A stretch of 64,000 nucleotides of DNA from Bdellovibrionota bacterium (GTDB lineage: Bacteria; Bdellovibrionota_C; UBA2361; JBIIDM01), in the NCBI GenBank assembly GCA_044238365.1, contig JBIIDM010000002.1, positions 390 through 64,389 of the forward strand. The letters are read 5' to 3'. Under the pieces are notes generated by a model. It had not been told where the DNA came from. It ran no database searches and was given only the letters and a program-made list of their open reading frames with translations. A program made the translations under genes and the position numbers. This document shows, one piece after another, positions 29,109-42,343 of the stretch. Numbering within the stretch: position 1 is the first letter of the stretch; each line of letters starts with the position of its first letter.

Positions 29109-29867
29109 TTGAATACGCCAATGAATGACGGGTCTACGCAAGATAACAAGATGAGCGATACTGAGACTGTTGCTAATAGTGATACCGATATTGAGCATGT
29201 CGATACGGGTGCAGATAGTGAGACTGCGGATGCAGCCACTCTAACGCCTTCCGACAATTCAGTTTATAGCAGCTCCGTTTCTACTGAATCGGTAAAGCCT
29301 ACCAGTGTTGCTGCCCCCGCAGAGAAGAACACTGCCGATATGAAGTGGTATGTAATCCATGCATATTCGGGTTTTGAAGGAAAGGTGAAGCAGCTTCTAG
29401 AAGACCGCATGCGGATAAACGGTATTGAGAATCTCTTCGGGGACATTATTATCCCCCAAGAGACCGTGACGGAACTGGTAAAGGGAGAGCGCAAGGAAGT
29501 AAAGAAGAAGTTTTTTCCCGGGTATGTGATTGTTCAGATGTTGCTTAATGAGCACTCCTGGCATCTTGTAAAGGAGACACCGAAAGTCTCGGGTTTTGTG
29601 GGTGGCGACACTGAGTTTCCCGAGCCTCTCTCTGATGCGGAAGTGCAGAGGATTATTGCTCAGGTTGAGCACGGTAGTGCGGGTGTTTCAGGGAAGGGAC
29701 AGTTCGAGGCAGGTGACTTGGTCACTGTCAAGGACGGTGCGTTCGTTGGCTTCAGAGGTACCGTCGACGAGGTCCGCCCTGAGAAAGGTAAGATTAGAAT
29801 TTTAATAAGTATTTTCGGCCGTGAGCAGAAAGTAGATTTTGACATTATACAAGTGGAGAAGAGCTAA
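29109..29867 (+). CDS. nusG: transcription antiterminator NusG (with roughly 77-aa acidic N-terminal extension if the TTG/ATG start at 29109/29121 is used; core begins at 29340)
   Basis: NGN domain [13 protein letters not shown].. and KOW motif [18 protein letters not shown]. The upstream Asp/Ser/Thr-rich region is low-complexity. Confidence 0.85.
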   Translation: MNTPMNDGSTQDNKMSDTETVANSDTDIEHVDTGADSETADAATLTPSDNSVYSSSVSTESVKPTSVAAPAEKNTADMKWYVIHAYSGFEGKVKQLLEDRMRINGIENLFGDIIIPQETVTELVKGERKEVKKKFFPGYVIVQMLLNEHSWHLVKETPKVSGFVGGDTEFPEPLSDAEVQRIIAQVEHGSAGVSGKGQFEAGDLVTVKDGAFVGFRGTVDEVRPEKGKIRILISIFGREQKVDFDIIQVEKS

Positions 29868-29868
29868 G

Positions 29869-30291
29869 ATGAAGCAGCCAGTAGCCGTAGTTAAGCTTCA
29901 AATTAAAGCAGGTCAAGCAAATCCTGCGCCGCCGATTGGTCCAGTTCTAGGGCAACATGGCGTGAATATCATGGAGTTCTGTAAACAGTTCAATGCAGTG
30001 ACTCAGTCACGTTTGGGCGAGGTAACACCAGTTGAACTCACAGTTTTCTCCGATCGTTCGTTTACGTTCATCACTAAGACGCCACCCGCCTCTTACCTTC
30101 TTATGAAGGCTGCAGGAATTGAAAAGGGTTCAGCTGAGCCGAATAAGAACAAAATTGCGCGACTTCCCAAGGAGAAGGTCATGGAAATTGCGAAGCAGAA
30201 GATGAATGATCTTAACGCTGCAAGCGAGGAGGCTGCATTTAAGATAATAGCCGGAACCGCTCGAAGCATGGGCATTCAGGTATCTGAATAG
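29869..30291 (+). CDS. rplK: 50S ribosomal protein L11
   Basis: [46 protein letters not shown] is 1 nt after the nusG stop. Confidence 0.95.
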   Translation: MKQPVAVVKLQIKAGQANPAPPIGPVLGQHGVNIMEFCKQFNAVTQSRLGEVTPVELTVFSDRSFTFITKTPPASYLLMKAAGIEKGSAEPNKNKIARLPKEKVMEIAKQKMNDLNAASEEAAFKIIAGTARSMGIQVSE

Positions 30292-30360
30292 CTGGGGTGA
30301 CGAAGTGTTTTTAGAGTGCCGCGCCAGCAAATGCAAAAAGGTCACTTAAGAGAGGAAGAG

Positions 30361-31059
30361 ATGCCAAAGAGAAGTAAAAGATACCAGGAAGTAGCGAAGT
30401 TAGTAAAGCGTAGCCATAAGTATTCGCTAGACGAGGCGGTAGCGCTATTAGGAAAGACAAAGTCAGCCAAATTTGATGAGACCATTGAGGTGGCCATCCA
30501 ATTAGGCGTGGATCCTAGAAAGGCGGACCAAAACGTTCGTGGTGGTGTTGCCTTGCCACATGGACTGGGCAAAGATGTACGGGTTATCGTATTCGCCAAG
30601 GGGGAAAAAGTTGCCGAGGCTGAGGCTGCAGGAGCAGAAATTGTCGGGGGCGATGAGTTGGTTGAAAAGATCAAAGCGGGTTGGCAGGAGTTTGATAACG
30701 TCGTGGCTACCCCCGATATGATGGTCCATGTAGGTAAGGTCGGAAAGATCCTCGGGCCGAGGGGACTGATGCCTTCGCCAAAGGTTGGAACGGTGACTTT
30801 TGACGTAGGAGAGACCGTTCGAGCTATCAAGGCTGGTCGGGCAGAGTTTCGTGTTGATAAAGCCGGTATAGTGCATACCCCTGCTGGAAAGGCATCATTC
30901 TCCGAGAGCAATATAAAAGATAATATTTTAGCAATAGTAGCGACGGTAAATCGCCTTAAACCTACTACGAGCAAGGGAATATACCTGCAAAGTGCTGCAA
31001 TGAGTTTAACGATGGGTCCAGGAATTGAAGTAGACGTGACGCCTTTACGAAATTCTTAA
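30361..31059 (+). CDS. rplA: 50S ribosomal protein L1
   Basis: MPKRSKRYQEV..; GVDPRKADQNVRG. ORF-track start 30316, trimmed to the conserved N-terminus. Confidence 0.95.
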   Translation: MPKRSKRYQEVAKLVKRSHKYSLDEAVALLGKTKSAKFDETIEVAIQLGVDPRKADQNVRGGVALPHGLGKDVRVIVFAKGEKVAEAEAAGAEIVGGDELVEKIKAGWQEFDNVVATPDMMVHVGKVGKILGPRGLMPSPKVGTVTFDVGETVRAIKAGRAEFRVDKAGIVHTPAGKASFSESNIKDNILAIVATVNRLKPTTSKGIYLQSAAMSLTMGPGIEVDVTPLRNS

Positions 31060-31258
31060 TTCGAGTGAGACAATACTGGTTATAGTGCGGATAATTGCCG
31101 TGTAGTAGTCTTGAAAGTTTTTTTTGACTCGCTTTTGCGGGTCGTTATACCGTTTATCTAGAGGTGCATGACCCGCATTAAGCTGCAGAGCGTTATAAAC
31201 GGTGAAGGGTTTAGTCGAAATAGTTAAGTGAAAAATTAGGCCGAGGAGTTGGTAGAAG
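31060..31258 (+). promoter_or_regulatory. rplJL leader region (candidate L10(L12)4 autoregulatory leader)
   Basis: 200-nt untranslated spacer between rplA and rplJ containing the hairpin gactcgc-tttt-gcgggtc at 31128-31145. Position is homologous to the E. coli L10 leader. Confidence 0.4.
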
Positions 31259-31798
31259 ATGCTTCGACATGAAAAACAGAACCTGGTAGACGGGATACGT
31301 GAACAGCTTACGGGAGCGAGTATTGCTCTTTGCGCTGATTATCGCGGTATTACAGTGGCTCAGGTATCAAAATTACGAAAAGAGTTGCGCCAGAGCAATA
31401 CTACAGTAACGGTAGTAAAGAACACGTTGATTCGGCGGGCGGTGAGCGAGGCATATTCTGCTGAGGAACCTGAAGCTGTTCGAAGTTTTGCAGGAATTCT
31501 GGAAGGACCAACTTTGTTAATAACTAACAAGAGTGATCCGATAGGTCCCACCAAGGTTCTGGCAAAATACGTAAAGGACATTGAGTGTCTGAAAGTGAAG
31601 GGTGCTTTCTTCGAGGGCGAGTTTCTCGATGACAAGAAGGTAGAGCAGCTTTCTCAGATGCCAGGCAGAGAGGAGCTATTGGCTTCTCTGTTGAGAGTGA
31701 TACTAGCACCGGCAACTAATGTGGTACGCCTCATGAATGAGCCTGCTTCTTTAGTCGTTCGTGTGTTGGCTGCTCAGGAGAAGAAGTTGGCCGGATAG
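31259..31798 (+). CDS. rplJ: 50S ribosomal protein L10
   Basis: 179 aa. Conserved N-terminal K..V.....L, and a C-terminal helix binding L7/L12. Confidence 0.95.
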   Translation: MLRHEKQNLVDGIREQLTGASIALCADYRGITVAQVSKLRKELRQSNTTVTVVKNTLIRRAVSEAYSAEEPEAVRSFAGILEGPTLLITNKSDPIGPTKVLAKYVKDIECLKVKGAFFEGEFLDDKKVEQLSQMPGREELLASLLRVILAPATNVVRLMNEPASLVVRVLAAQEKKLAG

Positions 31799-31883
31799 TC
31801 CCTGAGTAAGGGGGATCCTAAAGAAAAGTGTTAAATAGTAGTCGCAGCGATATTGCTGTGGAAACGTATAGTGGAGTGAGAGA

Positions 31884-32264
31884 ATGAGTCAGGTAACGTT
31901 TGAATCAGTAAAAGATTTCATCAAAAAAATGTCACTATTGGATGCTTCCAAATTAGTGAAAGAGTTGGAAGAAGAGCTAGGTGTGAGCGCAGCTGCACCT
32001 GTAGCGATGATGGGCGCAATGCCTGGAGCTGCTGCTGCTCCGGTAGAGGAGAAGACCGAATTTGACGTAGTCTTGGAGGATGCAGGAACCGAGCGGGTGA
32101 AAGTAATCAAAGTCGTTCGCGAAATCACGGGACTAGGGCTAAAGGAAGCCAAGGATCTTGTGGACGCAGCTCCGAAGGCAGTTAAGGAAGGAATGTCTAA
32201 GGATGAGGCAGAGGAAGCTGCCAAGAAGCTTAAGGAAGCGGGCGCAAAAGTTGCCGTTAAGTAG
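31884..32264 (+). CDS. rplL: 50S ribosomal protein L7/L12
   Basis: 126 aa. Ala/Pro-rich hinge [21 protein letters not shown] and C-terminal [23 protein letters not shown]. Confidence 0.95.
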   Translation: MSQVTFESVKDFIKKMSLLDASKLVKELEEELGVSAAAPVAMMGAMPGAAAAPVEEKTEFDVVLEDAGTERVKVIKVVREITGLGLKEAKDLVDAAPKAVKEGMSKDEAEEAAKKLKEAGAKVAVK

Positions 32265-33061
32265 TTTTCGGAGTAAACAGCGTACGTTTTGGGTTCTACT
32301 CACAGTTGCACGCTTCTTCTTCGAAGGTCTACAATAAAGCATATATTCAGTTTCGTACCATGGGGTGCCCTTATCCAAAATTAATCCTAAGAGATTTTTC
32401 GGGTTGCGGGCGCTCTTAGGTAACCGTACCACTTGCAGAGATATTGCTTTGGGGCTATGCTTTCCATTTAGTCCTATTTTGGTAAGTTCGATGGCTCAAT
32501 TTTTTCATGTCCTATAAACCTGTTGGTAGGTGAAAATTTTAGTTAAACGCTTTAAAATTCCGGCGTTGCACTATTCTGGACATCTGTAAACATGAGTCAC
32601 TTAGACTTCGGGGCCTCTGACGTTAGCACCGGACCAAGCAATACTATGTTGTGCTGTAATGGCTTAAGCGCAGACTGTATCTAGAAACAAAGAGCAATAT
32701 TATATAATAGTGTTTTTAGATTCTATCAGGAGGGGTATATTGGGGCAGAGTTTGCTTAAGGTCCGTAAGAGTCTTAAGGTATATCCTTCGCTAAGTTAGT
32801 TTCCGAAGTCGTTTAATTGTTAGCATTTTTACTTAGGCGGGGTTTTAAGGTGTCTGGTTGGCTTCGGTTTCTGCCCCTCGGGCAACGTTGCCTGAAGTAG
32901 TCGTCTTAAGACTTGTTGAAGTAGAAGATATTCTCAAGTTTCTATAGATTTTTGCTTTATCGGAATATTCGTATTCAGATTTTCAAAACGCTTTGTTTCT
33001 CATGTATCGGGGTCATTTTTTACGTGGTCCCCCAGTTTCTTCTAGTTTTATCAAAAAAATT

Positions 33062-36000
33062 ATGACTGCAAAAGTTCAAACAAGCTTTCGTCTTCGTCAC
33101 AGTTATTCAAAGATTAGCGAAGTCGCCGAGATTCCGAATCTTATAGAGATTCAGCGGCAGTCGTACGAAAAATTTCTTCAGACGTCCATCGATCCTCAAA
33201 AGCGCCAAGAACTTGGTTTGCATCGTGTGTTCAAATCGATTTTTCCGATAAAGGATTATAACGGCACCGCCTCGCTGGAGTATGATTCCTATTCTTTAGG
33301 TGAACCGAAGTACGGCGTCGATGAGTGTCGGGACCGAGGAATGACTTGGGCTGCACCACTTAGGGTTAAGATCCACATGCTGTTGTGGGATATCAATACC
33401 GAGACAAACCAGCGTACATTAAGTGCCGTTAAAGAAGATCAGGTATACTTTGGCGAAATTCCCCTAATGACCGATAAGGGGACGTTCCTGATTAATGGCA
33501 CTGAGAGGGTGATTGTGAGCCAGTTGCACCGCTCCCCTGGGGTGTTTTTTGATCATGACTCTGGTAAGAGCCATGTTTCGGGGAAATTACTTTATTCCGC
33601 CCGAATCATTCCCTATCGAGGCTCCTGGATTGACTTCGAGTTCGATATTAAGGACGTGATGCATGTGAGGATTGATAGGAGGCGGAAGCTCAATGCCACC
33701 GTTCTTCTTCGAGCATTGGGCATGTCATCAGACGAAATCTTGAAGACCTTTCATAAGGTAGATACGATTATTTTCGGCAAGAAGGGCAAGGTAACAAAGA
33801 AGTTTGCGCCCGACCGTTTGGAAGGTCAGAGGAGCTTCGCGGATGTCGTGTATGATGGCAAGACATTAATTAAAAAAGCCGGCAAATTTAATCGCGCGAT
33901 AGTGCGTCGAATGAGAGAAGCCGGTATTCGAGAGCTTGAGATTGATCCCGACACGGTCTCTAGTAGTGTGTCTGCCGAGACCATTGTTCGGATTGATGCG
34001 GATATCGTGCACCCTAAGACGGGTGAGCTGGTTGCGGAGAAAGGAAGCGTTCTTAGAGGATGGGAGGAGATATCGGAGAGTTTTAAGGGACTTGTCGAGT
34101 CGCTTTCAGAAACCGAAGCCAAGAAATTATTGGAGGGGGTAACTGTAGTGGTGTCGGCCGGCGACGTTCTTGCCGTCGACAAAGTTACTAGCAAGGGTGA
34201 GGTTTCAGTTGTAGGAAATATTTCTCAGATTCAAGCGTTAGGCATTAAAGAAGTTGATGTTCTCTACATTGATGATAATCACATTGGTGATTCCCTTTAT
34301 CGTACGTTAATAACCGATAAAATTGGGTTACCAGGGGAGAACTTGTACGGTCGTCTCTCTGGTGAAGAAACAACAGAGAGTTTGATAGAAATATATCGTA
34401 GGCTACGACCGGGAGATCCGCCGAGAGCAGAAACTGCGTTAAGTACCTTTAATAATCTCTTTTTTAATCAGGAACGTTACGATCTTTCTGATATTGGAAG
34501 GTACAAGCTTAACCATAAGCTGTATGTGTTGCACGGGTATGATGCACCGGCGCTTGATCAGGGTGTTCTGACAGCGAGGGATATTGTTGAGACAGTACGG
34601 TATCTTCTTGAACTTAAAAACGGCAATGATCCGGTTCGCTATACTGTTGATGACATTGACCATCTTGGCAATCGGCGTGTGCGCGCAGTCGGTGAATTGA
34701 TTGAGAACCAATTCCGTATTGGACTTGTTCGTATGGAGCGTGCGGTCCGCGAGCGGATGGGAATGCAGGATATTGAGACGCTCGTGCCTCAGGATCTGAT
34801 AAATTATAAGCCGGTTGCCGCTGTGGTGAAGGAGTTCTTCGGCTCTTCGCAGCTGTCGCAGTTTATGGATCAAACTAACCCGTTGTCGGAAATAACTCAT
34901 AAGCGGAGGCTTTCAGCTCTGGGACCTGGTGGATTAACGAGGGATCGTGCAGGATTCGAAGTTAGAGACGTAAACCCAACGCATTATGGCCGGATATGTC
35001 CAATTGAAACTCCGGAAGGACCGAACATCGGATTGATTGCATCGTTGGCCGTTTATGCCAGAGTAAATGATTTTGGTTTCGTTGAAACGCCCTACCGCGT
35101 TGTTGATTCTGCAGGAAAAATCACACAGGACATTGTATATCTTTCAGCTTTAGAGGAAGAGCGTGAGACTATCGCTCAGGCAAGCGTTGCGCATGATGGT
35201 AAGGATTTCTTAGAGGCAACTATAACTTCCAGAAAAAATGGCGAGTATGTCCTTGCTCCGAAGGAGACAGTAACAAAGATTGACGTTAGTCCCAAGCAGA
35301 TTGTAAGTGTAGCAGCTTCGCTTATTCCATTTCTTGAAAACGATGATGCTAACCGGGCATTGATGGGGTCAAACATGCAACGGCAGGCCGTCCCCTGTTT
35401 GTGTACGGAAGCACCGTTTGTGGGCACTGGGATGGAGCAGATTGTAGCTCGCGATTCGAAGGCTACAGTTTCGTCGAAACGCAGTGGCCGAGTGGTTTCC
35501 GTAGATGCTGACAGAATAGTTATCAAAGCGAACGAGACCACGGACGATCCTCTTGATACGGGCGTTGATATCTATGATTTAGTAAAATATCGTCGTTCAA
35601 ATCAAAATACTTGTATTACGCAGAAGCCTATTGTGCGGACGGGTGAGCCTGTTCTGAAGGACCAGGTTATTGCTGATGGTCCTAGTACGGAGATGGCGGA
35701 GTTGGCTCTAGGGCAGAATGCGTTGGTCGCATTTATGCCGTGGGGGGGATATAACTTCGAGGACTCCATACTCATGAATGAGGATATGGTGAAGCGGGAT
35801 GCATTCACCTCAATTCACATTGAGGAGTTCGAATGCGTAGCGCGTGATACTAAGCTTGGAAAAGAAGAAATTACTCGTGATATTCCTAACATAGGTGAAG
35901 AGGTTCTTCGAAACTTAGATGAATCAGGGATTATTCGAATAGGTGCAGAGGTCGCTCCCGGTGACATTCTGGTGGGTAAGATCACACCGAAGAGTGAGAC

Positions 36001-37606
36001 GCAGCTCAGTCCAGAGGAGAAGCTACTCCGGGCTATTTTCGGTGAAAAAGCTGGCGAAGTTCGTGATACCAGTTTGAAGTTGCCGCCTGGCGTTGAAGGA
36101 ACGGTGATATCTGCCCAAGTATTTTCTCGAAAGGGAACAGAAAAGGACGAACGTACCATGCTTATTGAGCGTCGCGAGATGGCTCGAATTGATCAAGATC
36201 ATCTTGATGAAGTTAAAATTATTCGAGATGCAGCAGTTCAGGAGGTCGAAGAATTACTTTCTGGTAAGACTACCACGGTGAGTTTGTTGGATGAACGTAG
36301 AAATGAGCTTTTAAGTAAGGCACAAAAAATAACGCCCGATGTTCTCAAATCTATTCCTTTCGAATACCTCAGGGATATTCAGATTGGTGATGAGCCGACT
36401 CACGAACGGGTGAATCAAGTGGTGGTGCGTACGGGCCAGCTCCTCAATGCAAAGAAGGCACTGATTGAAGCTAAAAAGAAGCGAGTAAGTGAAGGAGATG
36501 AGCTGGCTCCCGGCGTCATCAAGATGGTCAAAGTGTTTATTGCCATCAAGAGGAAGATTCAGGTTGGGGACAAATTAGCGGGACGTCATGGAAACAAAGG
36601 GGTTCTATCTCGAGTTCTACCTCAAGAGGATATGCCATACATGGAAGACGGGACACCCGTAGAGGTGGTCTTAAATCCGCTTGGGGTGCCCTCGAGAATG
36701 AACGTGGGGCAGATTCTTGAGACGCACCTTGGATTGGCCTCTTACAAGATGTCGCGGAAGTTGCGGTCATTGATTGAATTGGTCGCGGATCCGGATACCG
36801 GTACATTAAATCCCGAGGTCTCTTCAGTAGTCTTTCAGGGAGCCATCGCTGGGCTGAGGAAATGTTTAGCTGTATCGTTTCCCAACGAGTCAAAATTTTT
36901 GTCTACGCTAAGCGATGAAGACGTTGTCGTAGTATCAAGACGTATGCCGCGTGGAGTTCATTTCGCAACAGCGGTTTTCGATGCCGCTGATGAGAAGAAT
37001 ATCCGAGAGCTCTATGAGTTTCTTGGAATTTCAGAGGATGGAAAGTTGCAGTTGTACGATGGGCGAACTGGCGATCCTTTTAGAGAGAAGGTGACAGTCG
37101 GTTATATGTATATGCTGAAGCTTGATCATCTTGTGGATGACAAGATCCACGCTCGTTCGATTGGACCCTACTCTCTAGTCACTCAGCAGCCGCTTGGTGG
37201 TAAAGCTCAGTTCGGGGGGCAGCGACTTGGAGAAATGGAAGTGTGGGCTTTGGAGGCATATGGTGCAGCCTATACGTTACAGGAGTTCCTCACAGTGAAG
37301 TCTGATGACGTGTCAGGGAGGACAAGAATGTACGAGTCCATAGTGAAAGGGGAGCATTCTCTCGAACCAGGGTTGCCTGAATCTTTCAACGTTATGATGC
37401 GAGAGCTTCAGTCGTTAGCGCTTGACGTTGAGCTGGTCGAACAGGCTGATGCGGAGGTGGTCGTTGTGGGTGACGGTCGAGCTTCATCGAGTGTTGGACA
37501 GTCTCAGATTGGCGCGTCTGCTGGAACTCAATCGGGGAACTCTGGTTCTGCTGCAGATTTACTCTTCCCTGGGTCTCTGTCAGCGCTTGAGGGAGCACTG
37601 GGATAG
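33062..37606 (+). CDS. rpoB: DNA-directed RNA polymerase beta subunit
   Basis: 1514 aa from [11 protein letters not shown]. Rif-region, [15 protein letters not shown] and [11 protein letters not shown] motifs. Lineage-specific insertion near residues 280-480 and Ser/Gly-rich C-terminal tail. ORF-track start 32993. Confidence 0.95.
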   Translation: MTAKVQTSFRLRHSYSKISEVAEIPNLIEIQRQSYEKFLQTSIDPQKRQELGLHRVFKSIFPIKDYNGTASLEYDSYSLGEPKYGVDECRDRGMTWAAPLRVKIHMLLWDINTETNQRTLSAVKEDQVYFGEIPLMTDKGTFLINGTERVIVSQLHRSPGVFFDHDSGKSHVSGKLLYSARIIPYRGSWIDFEFDIKDVMHVRIDRRRKLNATVLLRALGMSSDEILKTFHKVDTIIFGKKGKVTKKFAPDRLEGQRSFADVVYDGKTLIKKAGKFNRAIVRRMREAGIRELEIDPDTVSSSVSAETIVRIDADIVHPKTGELVAEKGSVLRGWEEISESFKGLVESLSETEAKKLLEGVTVVVSAGDVLAVDKVTSKGEVSVVGNISQIQALGIKEVDVLYIDDNHIGDSLYRTLITDKIGLPGENLYGRLSGEETTESLIEIYRRLRPGDPPRAETALSTFNNLFFNQERYDLSDIGRYKLNHKLYVLHGYDAPALDQGVLTARDIVETVRYLLELKNGNDPVRYTVDDIDHLGNRRVRAVGELIENQFRIGLVRMERAVRERMGMQDIETLVPQDLINYKPVAAVVKEFFGSSQLSQFMDQTNPLSEITHKRRLSALGPGGLTRDRAGFEVRDVNPTHYGRICPIETPEGPNIGLIASLAVYARVNDFGFVETPYRVVDSAGKITQDIVYLSALEEERETIAQASVAHDGKDFLEATITSRKNGEYVLAPKETVTKIDVSPKQIVSVAASLIPFLENDDANRALMGSNMQRQAVPCLCTEAPFVGTGMEQIVARDSKATVSSKRSGRVVSVDADRIVIKANETTDDPLDTGVDIYDLVKYRRSNQNTCITQKPIVRTGEPVLKDQVIADGPSTEMAELALGQNALVAFMPWGGYNFEDSILMNEDMVKRDAFTSIHIEEFECVARDTKLGKEEITRDIPNIGEEVLRNLDESGIIRIGAEVAPGDILVGKITPKSETQLSPEEKLLRAIFGEKAGEVRDTSLKLPPGVEGTVISAQVFSRKGTEKDERTMLIERREMARIDQDHLDEVKIIRDAAVQEVEELLSGKTTTVSLLDERRNELLSKAQKITPDVLKSIPFEYLRDIQIGDEPTHERVNQVVVRTGQLLNAKKALIEAKKKRVSEGDELAPGVIKMVKVFIAIKRKIQVGDKLAGRHGNKGVLSRVLPQEDMPYMEDGTPVEVVLNPLGVPSRMNVGQILETHLGLASYKMSRKLRSLIELVADPDTGTLNPEVSSVVFQGAIAGLRKCLAVSFPNESKFLSTLSDEDVVVVSRRMPRGVHFATAVFDAADEKNIRELYEFLGISEDGKLQLYDGRTGDPFREKVTVGYMYMLKLDHLVDDKIHARSIGPYSLVTQQPLGGKAQFGGQRLGEMEVWALEAYGAAYTLQEFLTVKSDDVSGRTRMYESIVKGEHSLEPGLPESFNVMMRELQSLALDVELVEQADAEVVVVGDGRASSSVGQSQIGASAGTQSGNSGSAADLLFPGSLSALEGALG

Positions 37607-37749
37607 CTGACCTGGGTAATTGATTCGGATAGTAACGGTACTATTTGCCCTAATTGTTATACCCTAATTATGGGGTTGGGCAAGTGTTTGTATCATCGTT
37701 ATCGATGATGTTTACAATAAAGATTGACGTATAAAAGGAAAACGGTGGC

Positions 37750-40700
37750 ATGGAAGATATCTTTACCTTGTTTGAAAAGCCAAAGAATCCTATTCGTTTC
37801 AACGCACTGAAGATTTCCCTGGCAAGCCCCGACAAGATTCGGAGTTGGTCTTTTGGGGAGGTAACAAAGCCGGAGACTATTAACTACAGAACTCTTAAGC
37901 CTGAGAGGGATGGTTTATTTTGTGCCAAGATATTTGGTCCGATCAAGGATTACGAGTGCCTTTGTGGTAAATATAAGCGATTACGCCATCGTGGTATTGT
38001 ATGTGAACGTTGCGGGGTTGAAGTCATCTGCTCCAAGGTTCGTCGGGAGCGAATTGGTCATATTGAGTTGGCGTGTCCAGTAGCTCATATCTGGTTTTTG
38101 AAGAGTCTACCGAGTCGTATTGGTAGTGTGATTGATGTAACTTTAAGAGACCTTGAAAAGGTTCTCTATTTTGAAAGTTATATTGTGATTGAACCAGGAG
38201 AGACTGGGCTTGATCAAGGGGATCTTCTTACAGAGAAAGAGTATAAGGCAGTCTACGATGAGTTCGGATCGGACTTTAAGGCCGGAATGGGTGCTGACTC
38301 CATTTTAGAGTTGCTCAAAAAGATAGATGTTGTAAAAACAGTCGATAAGTTGCGTGATGAGCTCCGCGAAACAACTTCAGATGCTAAGAAGAAGAAGATT
38401 ACCAAGCGTTTGAAGGTATTTAATTCCTTTCGAAATAGTCAGAATCGGCCTGAATGGATGATTCTTAATGTAATACCAGTGATTCCACCTGATTTGCGTC
38501 CTTTGGTGCCGCTCGATGGTGGTCGTTTTGCAACGAGCGATCTAAACGATCTCTATCGTAGAGTTATTAACAGAAATAATCGTCTTAAGAGACTTATGGA
38601 GTTAAATGCTCCCGATATCATTATTCGAAACGAAAAGCGGATGTTACAGGAGTCGGTGGATGCATTGTTTGATAATGGCCGAAGAGGACGGGTTATCACG
38701 GGACCAAATAAGCGCCCTTTGAAGAGTCTGAGTGATATGCTAAAAGGGAAGGGTGGTAGGTTTCGCCAGAATCTTCTCGGAAAGCGCGTAGACTATTCAG
38801 GGCGGTCGGTTATTGTAGTTGGCCCAGAATTAAGATTACATCAGTGTGGTTTACCAAAGAAGATGGCGCTGGAGTTGTTCAAGCCGTTCATCTATAACAA
38901 ACTTGAGGAGCGAGGATACGTAACCACAATCAAGAGTGCGAAAAAGCTTGTAGAGAAGGAAAAGGCCATAGTTTGGGATATTCTGGACGAAGTAATAAAG
39001 GAACATCCTGTCCTATTGAACCGTGCACCTACGCTTCACCGTCTTGGCGTACAGGCCTTTGAGCCGGTACTTATTGAGGGGAAAGCGATTCGACTGCATC
39101 CTTTGGTCTGTAATGCCTTCAACGCTGACTTTGACGGTGACCAAATGGCGGTACACGTGCCACTTTCTATTGAGGCTCAGGTCGAGTCACGGGTCCTTAT
39201 GATGTCTACTAATAACATCCTAAGTCCTGCTAACGGAAAGCCGATTATCGTTCCGTCGCAAGATATTGTTTTGGGTCTATACTATATGACGCGTGAGCGT
39301 CCTTTTGCTCACGGAGAGGGGAAGATTTTCTCCGATTTGGGAGAGGTCTGGCTTGCATGGGATGCTGGGGAAATTGATCTCCAAGCTAGCGTGAAGTGCC
39401 GAATCGAGGGGAAGATAGAAGAAACGACGGTGGGAAGATGTTTATTGGCTTATCTATGTCCGCCGGTCCTGCCTTTTTCTCGTTTTAATCGTGTCATGAA
39501 GAAAAAAGAGATAACATCTTTGATTGATGAGTGTTTCCGTGTTGCGGGGAATAAGGCGACAGTTCTTCTAGCTGATAAATTGAAAGAAATTGGGTATCGG
39601 TTTGCTACGAGTGCTGGGATTTCCATCGGAATTAACGATATGGTTATCCCTCGTTCCAAGATCGACATACTCGACGAAGCCGACGGAAAGGTTAACGAGA
39701 TTGATAATCAGTATCAAGAGGGTCTGATTACTTCGGGGGAGCGCTATAATAAGGTAATCGATATTTGGTCGGAAGTAATTGACCGGGTGTCGGATGATAT
39801 GATGCGTGGATTGTCTTCGACAGAATATAGAAACGAAGAAAATGGTGAGACGAGAATCGCACCTTCTTTTAACTCTGTCTATATAATGGCTGATTCAGGA
39901 GCGAGAGGTTCGATTCAGCAGATTAGGCAGTTGGCGGGAATGCGGGGTCTAATGGCAAAGCCTGATGGCTCAATTATTGAGCAACCGATTAAAGCTAATT
40001 TTCGTGAAGGGTTGTCGGTTCTCCAGTATTTCGTTTCGACACACGGTGCGAGAAAAGGGTTAGCAGATACGGCTTTGAAAACGGCTAACTCGGGGTACCT
40101 TACAAGGCGTCTTGTTGATGTGGCACAGGACTGCATCGTTATGCAACAGGACTGTGGTACAACGGATGGTGTGGAAATTTCGGCGCTAGTTGAGGGCGGC
40201 GAGGAGATCGAGTCATTGGCAAATAGAATCTTAGGTAGAGTAGCTGCTGAGGATATTCGAGATCCAATTACAAACGAGGTTTTGTGTGCTCGTGGTTCGG
40301 AGATAGACGAGGAACGGGCGCGAGTAATAACAGAAGCCGGATTAGATAGGGTTAATATTCGTTCAGTATTAACGTGTGAGGCTCATCGTGGCGTATGTGT
40401 ATTGTGTTATGGTCGTGATCTTGCTCGGGGGCACTTAGTGAATATTGGTGAGGCAGTGGGTGTTATTGCTGCTCAATCGATTGGAGAGCCAGGCACCCAG
40501 TTAACGATGAGAACGTTCCATATCGGGGGGGCTGCTTCCGGTAAATCCGAACAAACGTCGCTTGAATCCAAATACAGCGGGATAATCAAGCTTGAGAACG
40601 TCCGACTTGCACAACGTGGTGACGGTACGCAGGTAGTAATGAGCCGAAAAGGTGAGCTTGTGATTGTGGAGCGGCAGGAAGGGCGTGAGCGTGAACGACA

Positions 40701-41877
40701 CGCGCTTGTTTACGGAGCCCGTCTACGGGTTCGAGAGGGAGATGCAGTTCCTGCTGGACAGTTGTTATGTGAATGGGATCCGTTTTCTATTCCAATACTG
40801 GGCGATATTGCAGGGCGTATAGAGTGGGTTGATATCAACGAATACACGTTAGAAGAGCGGACTGATGAAAGAACGGGGTTCTCTGAACGTGAAATTGTAC
40901 AGGCCAAGGATCGAAGCAGTGACCTGCGTCCTCGAGTCGTGATTCATGGGAATAATGGAGAAACCCGTTTGTATAACCTACCTGTTGGTGTTCGGATAGT
41001 TGTTGAACACAATTCTGATATTGATGCGGGTGGAGTAATAGCGAAAAGGGAGCGTGCTACTACTAAAACGAAGGATATTACGGGGGGCTTACCTCGTGTT
41101 GTTGAGTTGTTTGAAGCGCGAAAGCCAAAAAACCCAGCTGTTGTTGCTGATGTCAGTGGTGAAGTTGACTTTGGCGAGGATTCCAGAGGTAAACGACGAG
41201 TACTTGTTCGTCCTCAAGGGGGAGCTGAGCCTCGTGAGTATCTCGTTCCTAAGTCTAAACACATTGCTGTTCAGAAGGGCGATCGAGTTAAAGCGGGTGA
41301 GTCCTTAACAGAGGGTTCTGCAAATCCTCATGATATTCTCAGAATCGAAGGCGTTAATCCACTCGCAAGTTATCTTGTAAACGAAGTACAGGAGATTTAT
41401 CGACTCCAGGGCGTTCGAATCAATGACAAGCATATCGAGGTGATAGTTCGCCAAATGTTGAGACGGGTAACTATAGTTGATGCAGGAACTACTCAGCACC
41501 TTGTTGGTGATCACGTGGAATTGGTATCGATAAAGAAGGAGAACAGGGAAATTCTGGCTCAAGGCCAGAGGCCAGCAACCTATGAGCCCTTGTTGTTGGG
41601 TATCACAAAGGCATCGCTTTCAACAGAGTCCTTTATTTCCGCAGCAAGTTTCCAGGAAACCACAAAGGTACTAACGGAGGCGGCTATCTGTGGCAAAGTC
41701 GATACCCTTCGAGGCCTCAAGGAGAATGTTATAATGGGTAAGCTGATTCCAGCTGGCTCGGGATTAAATGAGTACAACGCACGCCGGGTCTACGCGGAAG
41801 AGGATAAGCCAAAGGTGCACTCCCATAATTTCTCGATGGGTGAGACTTCAATGGAATCTCTAGCGAGTTTGTTTTAG
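37750..41877 (+). CDS. rpoC: DNA-directed RNA polymerase beta' subunit
   Basis: 1375 aa, collinear with E. coli RpoC including Zn-finger CxxC..CxxC, NADFDGD catalytic loop and a roughly 180-aa trigger-loop insertion. Confidence 0.95.
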   Translation: MEDIFTLFEKPKNPIRFNALKISLASPDKIRSWSFGEVTKPETINYRTLKPERDGLFCAKIFGPIKDYECLCGKYKRLRHRGIVCERCGVEVICSKVRRERIGHIELACPVAHIWFLKSLPSRIGSVIDVTLRDLEKVLYFESYIVIEPGETGLDQGDLLTEKEYKAVYDEFGSDFKAGMGADSILELLKKIDVVKTVDKLRDELRETTSDAKKKKITKRLKVFNSFRNSQNRPEWMILNVIPVIPPDLRPLVPLDGGRFATSDLNDLYRRVINRNNRLKRLMELNAPDIIIRNEKRMLQESVDALFDNGRRGRVITGPNKRPLKSLSDMLKGKGGRFRQNLLGKRVDYSGRSVIVVGPELRLHQCGLPKKMALELFKPFIYNKLEERGYVTTIKSAKKLVEKEKAIVWDILDEVIKEHPVLLNRAPTLHRLGVQAFEPVLIEGKAIRLHPLVCNAFNADFDGDQMAVHVPLSIEAQVESRVLMMSTNNILSPANGKPIIVPSQDIVLGLYYMTRERPFAHGEGKIFSDLGEVWLAWDAGEIDLQASVKCRIEGKIEETTVGRCLLAYLCPPVLPFSRFNRVMKKKEITSLIDECFRVAGNKATVLLADKLKEIGYRFATSAGISIGINDMVIPRSKIDILDEADGKVNEIDNQYQEGLITSGERYNKVIDIWSEVIDRVSDDMMRGLSSTEYRNEENGETRIAPSFNSVYIMADSGARGSIQQIRQLAGMRGLMAKPDGSIIEQPIKANFREGLSVLQYFVSTHGARKGLADTALKTANSGYLTRRLVDVAQDCIVMQQDCGTTDGVEISALVEGGEEIESLANRILGRVAAEDIRDPITNEVLCARGSEIDEERARVITEAGLDRVNIRSVLTCEAHRGVCVLCYGRDLARGHLVNIGEAVGVIAAQSIGEPGTQLTMRTFHIGGAASGKSEQTSLESKYSGIIKLENVRLAQRGDGTQVVMSRKGELVIVERQEGRERERHALVYGARLRVREGDAVPAGQLLCEWDPFSIPILGDIAGRIEWVDINEYTLEERTDERTGFSEREIVQAKDRSSDLRPRVVIHGNNGETRLYNLPVGVRIVVEHNSDIDAGGVIAKRERATTKTKDITGGLPRVVELFEARKPKNPAVVADVSGEVDFGEDSRGKRRVLVRPQGGAEPREYLVPKSKHIAVQKGDRVKAGESLTEGSANPHDILRIEGVNPLASYLVNEVQEIYRLQGVRINDKHIEVIVRQMLRRVTIVDAGTTQHLVGDHVELVSIKKENREILAQGQRPATYEPLLLGITKASLSTESFISAASFQETTKVLTEAAICGKVDTLRGLKENVIMGKLIPAGSGLNEYNARRVYAEEDKPKVHSHNFSMGETSMESLASLF

Positions 41878-42237
41878 GGCAAAGGTGGCACTTTATTGCT
41901 ATCGTCAGCTAGTTGCTAGCTATAAAGGAGACCTACGGGCTTCGATATAGCTGGCATTTATCAAAGTTCAAGAGTCTCTGAAGTCAGTAGGAGAGAGAGA
42001 CGCGTATCCCTGGTTGGCTGATATCTTATTTAAGAAACAATTCCGCTCATTGCAATGTATAGCAAACAAGTAGGGAGTTCGGCCCAACCTCCCATGAATG
42101 CAAGGCGCGGCCACTCAGATTGTCGTATTATTGGGAGCCTCTCGCGAACAACCCTATCACTGATGCGCCGACTGGTCCAAAAATATTGAGTCAAACATGC
42201 AGCTCTTCTGCTTGGAGCCTGTAGTATGCCTTTAAAG

Positions 42238-42335
42238 CCTGAGTTTCGTATAAGAACTGTGGTAAGAGGCTAAAATTGCCTCACTTACTTCGGTGTCTAT
42301 GATCTAAAATTTCCGACGTAGGAAGCTATGTATTT
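42238..42335 (+). mobile_element. MITE-like element, degenerate left-half fragment
   Basis: cctgagtttcgtataagaactgtggtaagaggctaaaattgcc... aligns with 15608-15700 at about 75% identity. Confidence 0.5.
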
Positions 42336-42343
42336 GCTTTTAA

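Noticed and set aside
32139-32432. 97-aa minus-strand ORF overlapping the 3' end of rplL
   Set aside because: Antisense to a highly conserved ribosomal gene with no motif support. The same applies to the many antisense ORFs listed inside rpoB, rpoC, fusA, tuf and the ribosomal protein genes.
32993-37606. Intein or mobile insertion within rpoB, suggested by the 1514-1537 aa length
   Set aside because: No intein block motifs (no Cys/Ser-His-Asn splice junction context or homing endonuclease motifs). The extra length comes from a lineage-specific insertion near residues 280-480 and a Ser/Gly-rich C-terminal tail. The ORF-track N-terminus is over-extended by 23 codons.
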